From positions 19,220,001-19,284,000 of the forward strand of contig NC_043015.1 of NCBI RefSeq assembly GCF_006345805.1: 64,000 bases of DNA, written 5' to 3'. Below, piece by piece: positions 50,501 through 61,200 of this stretch; the stretch's first letter is position 1; each line of letters starts with the position of its first letter. The position numbers and the translations under genes are program-made. Below the pieces are notes generated by a model. That model searched no databases, was not told the DNA's origin, and worked only from the letters and a program-made list of their open reading frames with translations. This DNA comes from Octopus sinensis. Its lineage: Eukaryota.

Positions 50501-53500
50501 TTTTACTTTCTTTTATTTATTATATTACTTTACTCTTATATACTATAACCCACTATTCATGATTATTATTATTTCATTGAATAAAAGTAGTAATTTTAAT
50601 GCATGCGTGCACATATACATATACATACACACATAATAAACATGTCTATTTATTCTGAGTATTTCAAATGTATCCTAATGTAATCCTCATTGTCCTTTGT
50701 TCACCCTGATGATTTTCCATATAAGGTATTTAAAATGCAAAATTATATATTTATATATTTTTTGTAATTTTAAATTTGTTTGTGAAATGAAACAATTGTA
50801 GGTGAATATGTTAAGTAATTAATAAATTAATTTGTAATCCATTAGATCTCTCTGTTATCTAACTTGATAATAATGTTGTATATATGTGTGTGGGGGGGAT
50901 GGGCTTCTTTCAGTTTCCATCAACCAAATCCACTCACTAAGCTTTGGTTGTCCCTAGGCTATAGAAAACACTTGCCCAAGGTGGCAACACATTGGGACTA
51001 AATCCAGAACTATGTGGTTGGGGAAGCAAGCTTCTTACTACACAGCCATACCTGCTCCTATGTATACATATATACACACATGCACATATCTATATACACA
51101 CACACACACACACACATATATACGCACACACATATACACATGCAAACATATACATATATATGCACACATATACACACAAAACACATACATATACCCAGTG
51201 GCAGACTGGCCAGGTTGCCAGCTTGCCTGATGGTAAGTGGGCCCCTCCATATATGGGGGCCCATGTTAGTATCTAAGGAGTCCATCTCCTCAAGTTTGAG
51301 AACTTTTTATTCACTCCTGGAAGAATGCATTAGTCATTTCAGCCTGGCTATGTCTGTAGACAGTTGAAAAGAATACTTTTTCCAAAAAAAAAATTAAATT
51401 ATAGCATTGTAGTTGTGGGTGGGCCCCCTTAGTCTCCTGGCAACCAATATTTTTAGACTCAGTTCTCCACTTCATATACCTATATACACACCAACAAACC
51501 AGCACACATAACACACATACACAAATATAGTATAATATGAGCACACACACATATAGGTATCCATGTATACATGTGCTTGCATGCATACAAACACAACCTA
51601 TAAATACTAGAATTTTAATACACACTCGTATATAAATATATATACATCTACACACACACACATAAATTCTATCATTAAAAGTACATCAAATCATATTTCA
51701 AGGCTTTCAGTCAATGAGGATGTATCTACACAAAATGAAAAGTACTATAACTATGCCTTATCATGAAGCTAGCTATTAGGATAAAATTTACTATATCCAG
51801 AATCAAAATACTAATAAAATTCCTGGTAATGATAGGATATTAAATATGATGAGTTATTGATCAATAAAGCCATAACTGAAGACAACCAAAAGAAAAAGAT
51901 GGGTCTAAGGATGACTTGGATTGATTACCATAACTTGGATTGATGACTTAGATTGATTACCAAAATCTGACATAGAATGGTTAATATACAATGAATTGAA
52001 GGTGGTAGAGGCCTCATGCACCTAGAAAACTACTATAAAATAACCACCATAGGATTACAGAAATATCTAACTCAGAACCAAGGAGATTTGTTTCAAAAAT
52101 CCACAAAACATGAGCTAAACAAAACACTGTTTTCTGTCTTTAAGGAAGCCAAAAAATACAAGAAAGAAGTTGTAGTACTTGACAACTATGAAGAAAGGGC
52201 AAACAACAAAAACTGTAAAGCAACTGAAATCTAAACTAAAACTGGAACAACAAAATACCATAAAATGATGGCAAAAAATCCCTTACATGACATATACTAA
52301 GATAAACCAAATAGAAAAGGAATAGACAAAGTAAAATCCCAACAATGGTTGAGATGCTCAGGACTCAAAGCAGAAATGGAAGGATTTTTAATTGCAGCAC
52401 AAGATCAAAGCCTCCCCACTCAAAACCACCAGAAACACATAATGAAGAAAAACACAATAAGTAACAGCAGAACATGTGATGATGGGGGGAAAATAATAAA
52501 TCATATTGTCTCTGGCTGCCCAGTCCTGGCTATGAAGAAATATATCCACAGACATGATAGAGTTGGGACTTATATATACTGGAAGCAATGCCAACACTAT
52601 GAAATGACAATAGAAAAAAGATGGTATAAGCATATTCTAGAAAAGGTCTCAGAAAATGACAATGCCAATAAACATAGACAGAGAGATCAAGGCTATCAGA
52701 TTAGATATGCATAATTGTCAGAGATCACCAAAGAAAAAACTGCTTTCTAATTAATGCATCAATCCCAACAGATGACAATGTATCTCTAAAGGAAACAGAG
52801 AAACTCTCAAAATACAAAGATCTGGAAATAGAGACAACTCGAATGTAGAGCCTAAAAACAGAAACAATCCTTATAATAATAGGTGCATTAGGTATGATTA
52901 AAAAGCATATAAATACATAACTAAAACACCAGGACTTACGAATATACATAACCTACAGTAAATAGCACTACTAAGCACTGCAAACATCCTATTAAAGCAC
53001 TTTCAATCCAGCAAAAATAATGCCAAAACAAACCTTTTTTTTTTTTTTGTTCCTTCTCGAGCTATGCCAGGCTCATAAGGGCTTGTTTCCTGGTTTCCTT
53101 GGCGTATAGGTTCACCACCTGGACGGGACGCCAGTCCATCACAGGTGAGCTGCAAGATGCAGGCGGAAAGAGTGAGAGAAAGTTGAGGCGAAAGAGTCAG
53201 CAGAAGTTTGCCATTACCATCTGCCGGAGCCGCGCGGAGCTTAGGTGTTTCGCTCATAAACACATACATCACCCGGTCAGAGATTCGAACCGTGAGTCTG
53301 CTGCTCTAACCACTAGGCCATGTGCCTCCACACAAAACAAACCATAGACACACCCAAGGCACACAGAGCTGTACTCAGTAGTGCAGTGAAAGCACATGAT
53401 AAAAATAAGACTACAGAATAATAATAATAATAATAGGAAACCCAAAAATAGCAGAAATTCAAAAGATAGTGCTCATGGGAACTGCTCATATCCTACACAA

Positions 53501-55172
53501 AATATTTTCTATGTAATCTCAAGTTTTAAAACAAACATAATTTTCTTATGGTTTCTTAAACGTTCACTAGTACAACAGTAAGTACAAAACCAAATATATG
53601 GCACCCTAGGCATAATACCAACATGAACTTCCAACTTGTTGTCTCTTGAGGTCTCTGGGTGAGACTTGGAGCCAACTTGTACAAATGTAAAGCAAAAGTC
53701 AAGCATAGAATAATAATAATAATAATGATAATATTGGAACTAAGAAGGTCAGGTTTGGGTAGGATGGAAGATTGCAAATATAATTCACTGTACAAGCACT
53801 TGAGAATGAATGAAACTGAAAATGGGTGGATAAAGAAAAGAATGCATGGAAAATTTCATAGGGATGTTGAAGATAAGACAGATGGAGAAAAAAGATGGCT
53901 ATAGATGACTAAAAGTGATTTAAAACCAGAAATAGAAGCTCTAATCTGTGCTGCTCAAGAACAAGCGCTAAGAATGAATTACATCAAATACAGAATAGAC
54001 AACACATCAAAAAGGGATAAGTGCAGAATTTGTGGACAAAATGGTGAAACTGTATGGCATATTACCAGTCAATGTATGCCTCTAGCCCAGAAAGAATATA
54101 AAAGATGTCATGACAATACAGCAAGGATTGTCCATTGGACACTTTGCAACAAATATAGACCTGACAGAGCAAAAGAGTGGTACAAACATAAACCTGAAGG
54201 CATTATTGAAAATGATAATGCAAATATCCTATGGGATTTTATGATTCAGTGCAACCATAAGATAGAGAATAGGAAAGCAGACATAAGGCTAATTGAGAAA
54301 GAAAGCAAACGATGCTGCATCATTGATATAGCATGCCCAACTGACAACAAGGTATGCGATAAGGAAGAAAGAAAAGTCGAGTGTTATGACAGGTTAGCTT
54401 GGGAGGTTAAGCAGTTGGGATCAATGAAAAAGCTGGTAGTAATACTAATAATTGTTGGAGCCCTGGGAACAGTGATTAAAAATCGTGAGAAGTACATGGA
54501 ACAAATAGGGGCTGCAATAAGGGTGGAGCACTTGCAGAAAACAGCACTGCTTGGAATCGCTCAAATACTCCAGATGGTGCTTGAAAAATAAGGGGTGTTA
54601 CCTTAGTTCACTGGTAGGGAACAGCTGACACCATAGTAATCTCCAGCATTAGAAGCTGTGCAAAGACAATAAATAATAACAATAATGATGATATTAATAA
54701 TAGAAATGTAAAGATCCTATGGGATTTTATGACTCAGTATGACCATGAGATAGAGAATAGGAAGCCGGACATAGTCTTAATTGAGAAAGAAAACAAACTA
54801 TGCTGGATCATAGGTATAGCATGCCCAGCTGACAAGGTATGTGATAAAGAAGAAAGAAAAGTCGAGAAGTATGATAGGTTAACTTGGAAAGTTAAGCAGT
54901 TGTGGTCGATGAAAGGTAGCAGTAATACCAATAATTGTTGAAGCTCTGGGAACAATGAAAAAAAATCTCGAGAAGTACGTGGAACAAATAGGGGTTGCAA
55001 TAAGGGTGGAGCACTTGCAGAAAACAACACTACTTGGAACCGCTCGAATACTCCGAAAGGTGCTTGCAAAGTAAGAGGTGTTACCTTAGTTCACTGGTAG
55101 TAAACAGCTGACACTATAGCACATCTCCAGCATTAGAAGCTGTGCAAAGGCAATAATAATAATAATAATAAC

Positions 55173-55233
<61 letters not shown>

Positions 55234-56453
55234 GTAAGATGAATGGGAGGGAATACAAAACAAATCTAAAACCTGGAAACAGTGAAGGTGAAACTAATGA
55301 TTATGACACTCTAAAAATTAGCATAATCAAAGCTATAGATCTCAGTATGGACTACTGGTTGTACCTCCAAAAAATTTAAATTGGTAATAAAACAACATCA
55401 ATAATAAATAGCATGAACCTGGTTGTCAAAGAAATAATAGCAACAGAAGCAAATGTTAATATGACCAGGCTAAATGATATGATATATGCAGCAGCCTCTG
55501 TGGCTACAAAAGAAGCTGAATACCCACTAAAACCCATCCAAACAGGAGCATCACCACCCAAACAACCCTATGGATAAATAATATCCAGAAAAAATAGAAA
55601 ATAAGGGAAAGGATCTGTCAATCTTTAATGAAACTAGTAGACAAGCAACACTACTAAGCAACAAGAAGAGAAGAAAAATACTACATAAATACAAAATAAC
55701 AGAATAAGGTATACCTGAGGTAAAAGAACAGCTAAAGCAAGATATCCTCCCCAAAGCACAAAGAATCTGCCAGTATGACAAATGTCAATGTTTCTTTGAA
55801 CAAAACAAACAGTTCAACTCCAGCCCTAAAAGATTCTACCAAGAACTTGGCAAAAATAAAAGAGAGATCAATGCAGCACCAACAGCAGAAGTAGAAGAAT
55901 TTGGGGAAAGGAATATGGTCAGTGAAGGAACAACTTCAGAAAAGATCTATCAAAACAATGAACACAGCACCTGAGCAACTTCAAACCCCAATAACAACTG
56001 AAGAGGTCATCCAAGTACGGCAAAAACTAAGCAACTGGAAGGCACCCAGACACAACAAGAGCCCTAATGTCTGGTTAAAATACCTAACAAGAACACATAA
56101 AAAGCTGGCTGAGAAACTTAATGAAATACTAGCAGAACCAAAGACAATGCCTGAATGACTCCCAAATCCACCGTAATGGTAAACCCAGAAAATTACAGAC
56201 AGATAATTTGTCTCCCTACAATTTAGAAAGCAATAATATCACAGAGAATGAGCAAACGTCTGAAAGAAAGCAAACTGTTTCCAAAAAGCAGAAGGGATGC
56301 TGCAATGGCTCATATGACTGTAAAGATCAGCTACTGAAGACAGCCGAAGAAAGAAGAGGGGTCTAAGTGTAGTCTGGATCAATTACTGAAAGGCCTTTGA
56401 TAGTATTTCCCACACATGGATCCTAGTTACACTAGCCATGAACAAGGTAGTAC

Positions 56454-56500
<47 letters not shown>

Positions 56501-58229
56501 CTATCATCATCATCCTCATTGTTTAACGTTCACTTTCCATGCTGGCATGGGTTGGATGGTTTGACTGAGGACTGGCGAGCCAGAAGGCTGCACCAGGATC
56601 CAATCTGATCTGGCAAAGTTTCTACTACTGGATGCCCTTTCTAACATCAACCACTCCGAGAGTGTAGTGGGTAGTTTTATGTGCCACCAGCACGAGGGCC
56701 AGTCTGGCGGCTCTGGCAACAGCCACGCTCAAATGTTGTTTTCCATGTGCCACTGCTCGGATGTTCTTTTAACGTTCCACTGACATGAGTGCCAATCAGG
56801 CAGTACTGTCATCATCAACATCAATGATCATAAAGTATATAAAGCATTTCATAAATAAATGGCAGACAGTGCTATAGCTCCAGACAAAACAGGAACTCAT
56901 AAAAGCCAAAGCCATCCCCATTAGAAGAGGAATATTCCAGGGAGACATGCTCTCTCCACTCCTTTCCTGCTTGGCACTGATACCCTTATCTGACATGCTG
57001 GATGTGGATACAACTGTTATGGCAAAACAATCAGCTACCTCTTATATATGGATGATCTAAAACTGCTACAAATGATAAACAGCTGGAAACATTATTACAG
57101 ATAGTACATGGATTTACCGAAGAAATGAACTGTAAAATGTGCCAAAGCAACCTTGGAAAGAGAAAAACTAGTTAAGAGTAGCAACATTACACTAGATAAA
57201 GCAAATGAAATAAGAGAATTAGACCAAACCCAGACATATACATACTTAGGAATCAATGAACTAGATACGATACAACACACACAAATGAAAGAGAAGATAA
57301 GAAAAGAATACTATAGATGAGTTAGATTAATACTGAAAACAGAGCTCAATGCAAAAAACAAGATAACAGGTATCAACACTCTAGCCATCCCAGTTATAAA
57401 TTACAGCTACAATATTCTTAACTGAACTCTAAATGAACTAATCAAAATAGACAGGAAAACAAGAAAAATAATGACAGGATCCAGGATGCACCACCCAAAA
57501 TCTGACATAGAAAGGTTATATATACAATGCATTAAAGATGGTAGAGGCCTTATACAGTTAGAAAACTATTTCAAAATGACCACCATAGGATTACAGAAAT
57601 ACCTACTTCAGAAGCAAGGAAAATTAATACAAAATGCCACAAAACATGAACAAAAACAAAAAAACTGTTTTCAGTCTTTAAGGAAGCTCACAAATATAAA
57701 AAGAATTCATAGTACCTAACAACTATGAAGAAAAAGAAGAAACAATAAAAGCTGAAAAACAACTGAAATCCAAAATGATGGTATAGGCACACGCCAGAAA
57801 AGGTTGCAGAAAATGAGAAGTCAACCATACTATGAGACATGCCAATACACACTGATAGAAAAATTAAGGCCAATAAGCCGAATATAGTTGTCAGAGATTA
57901 CCAAGAAAAAAAATACTTTTTAATCGACGTATCAACACCAACAGATGACAATGTTTCTCGAAAAGAAACAGAGAAACTTTCAAAATACAAAGATCTGGAA
58001 ATAGAGGTAACTTGAATGTGGAGTCTAAAAACAGAAACAATTCCTGTCATAGAGAGCACCTTAGGTATGATAAAAGAATATTCAGACAAATGCATAACAA
58101 AAATTCCAGGACTAACAAGTATATATAACATACAGAAAATAGCACTACTAGGCACTGCACACATCCTACATAAAACACTTTCAATACAGTAAAATAATAA
58201 TAATGATAATAATAATAATAATAATAATA

Positions 58230-58292
<63 letters not shown>

Positions 58293-61200
58293 GCATCTAA
58301 GGTTGCTTGCTGTAATGCAATAGGAGGGTTTTTGGCATCTAAGGCTTCTTGATGTAGCCTGTATTATTAGGATTCTTTTCTTTTCCAATGTTGAGTGTAT
58401 ACATATATAAAAATAATGATAATAATAATAATAACAATAATAATAATAATAATAATAAATACCCTGATGTGGTACTAGGCAGTGGCTCTCATGGCTTCTG
58501 ATCTTAGTGATTGGAAGTACTATCATTTACATGTTTTGACTTGGTGTAAAATGTGGACTGCAGCAAATATTCCACTCCATAACACAAATTTGCTTATCAG
58601 TTACTTGATATTAACCAGTTGAGCATGGCCCTTAGTGGCTGACAATATGTGCATCTCTGATCACAAGCAGGGAACATCATAGCCATGCGTTAAGAGGAAT
58701 TCCTTGGGGTTTGAATAATTTGCCTCTGGAAGCATGGGCGTTTCGTTCATCATCCTTAAACATTCTTTATTCAGGGAGTTCTTGAGCAGGATGAGCTATT
58801 CAACCTGAGAAAAATTCAAATTGGGCTTCACCTGCAAGGTTATGCACTATCTATTTTGACATGAGATCACCCTGCTGTGCACAAATGGTTTGATGCATGT
58901 GCCTGGTGTACCTTAAACAGACAAGTAGTCATGATAGGTGTATTGGGCTTCATATATTTGTACCCCAGTATCACTTTGATAGTGTGTATTTCTCTCTCAT
59001 CCAATAATAATGAGTCTATAGAAATGTATGCCTTTGAAAATAAAAATTATGGCAACAGAACATCTAATGTTAAGTTAGTATCAAGAAAAATGTATATGTA
59101 AATAATAAAAAGACTAAATCAAGGAGTATTATCATAGCTACTGATATTCCTCAGAAATGTTTTGCTGCACAGGATAAATATTTTCCACCTTCAATTATGG
59201 GAAATTATTTAATTGCCATAGAGTAAAATTTTCACATTCAACCACCAGAAAGTTGACAGAAATTATACCAGTACATAACAAAAGTAAAATTAGACAGTAT
59301 CTCAACTTAAAATTAGTAAACACAGTGAATTTAACTCTAATGATACTTTTCCTGAACTAGATTTTGATACTTTAGCTAAAAGTAATTACAACTGGGAAAT
59401 TCATAATATCTTTAAGATAACACCTAGTAATAATACTTATTATAATACTGCTAATAATCTTGCCTTCTGAGAGGAAGATTGGTACTATTTCCTTTAACCA
59501 TGAGTACCACATACAAGTGAATAAATGTCTTTGTAATTTCAAACACAAAATTATCTGTCCTTTAGAAAATCAGTGAATATAGTGTGTCAATGTAAGATGA
59601 TAACAGGGACCATACATGTTATTACGTAGTTTTGTCCACTACAGTTTGGAAATCTAGATTACATCATCATTCTCATTCAGTTAATTTTAGAAAGAAATGT
59701 AATTGTGCAAATCTTAGTAAATGCATTTGGGATTTAAAAGACAGGAATATTAACTACGGTTTAAAGTGGTTCATTATTAGTTATGCACTATTGTACAATA
59801 TTGATAATTTTAAATGTGATCTTTGCCTTGAGGAAATGTATAATTACTTCTAATAATTAAATTGTAGAAGTAATTTTACATTGAAATGTTCTCAGGAATA
59901 TAGAACATTTAAATGTTTCAACAGTAAATAACCCATTAATTATAACTGCTTTACCTATAATATAATATGCATAATTTTTCAAAACATGTTTTACCAAATG
60001 TTTTAGATAGATAACTAATTGTTATGATGTAGAATTTCTGTTTCCAATTGTTATGATGAAGAATTTCTGTTTATTTTTTTATTCTTTCGTTATCTACTGA
60101 TGTCATCAAAGGTTAAAATACTAAACTGGCTTTTCTTAGAATATTATATTTTTTCTTAATGTTCTTTTTGTATTAAAGATATTTTCTTACTTCATTTTGA
60201 ATTTAACCCATTTTTGTGTTAGCATGTATTTTTGGATATATTAATTTGATTGGCATTTTATAACTTTTCTATATCTAAATATGCTGCAACAATAGACACG
60301 ATCATCAGTCATATATGGTGTAATCATCAAGTGAATATGTGATTTTCTCCATTCTGGTTCTTGTTGTTTTATACTCTCAATTTCTTGAAATTCTTCAAAG
60401 CAATACATGGATTTATTTGTCATACATGAAGAATTACCTTGGATGTTAATTCTACTTGTATTTATTGGTATCTGATTGAGTGTTTGATATAGTTAACCAA
60501 CTTCATTTAACACTGAGTACTTTATTGATATCTGCTTGAATTTATTAATCTCTTTGCATTCATATTAAACTGTTGCCAGCGCTGTTCCAACTGGCCTCCG
60601 TGCTGGTGGCACGTAAAAAGTACCATCCGATCATGGCCACTTGCCAGCCTCATCTTGCACGTAAAAAGCACCCACTACACTCACGGAGTGGTTGGTGTTA
60701 GGAAGGGCATCCAGCTGTAGAAACACTGCCAGATCAGACTGGACCTGGTGCAGCCTTCTGGCTTCCCAGACTCCAGTTGAACCGTCCAACCCATGCTAGC
60801 ATGGAAAGCGGACGTTAAACGATGATGATGATGATTATGCAAAGCATTTATCTTCTTTCTGGCATGTCAACAAAAGTAATGTCAACTCCACATGACATAC
60901 AATCAAGTGGAGAATTGTGGAGAAATCCAAGCCATATGCTAAGAAATGCAATTTATACATGGTAGAAAGATCACATATTCTTTTTAGATCCAAGAGTTCC
61001 ACCACACTGCTTAATTCCAGGATTGAAATTTTTAGCAGTTGCAATAACATAGACAAAAGGTTCCTTTTGTTGACCGAGAGGACATCACCCACTTCAGACT
61101 AGTTGTTTCTCAGACTTTGGCATGTCTCCTACTTATATTGTTCTACACCAGTGAGGTGCAGGGATCTTGATTTTCTTGTTTTATTAAACTGATATTTAAT

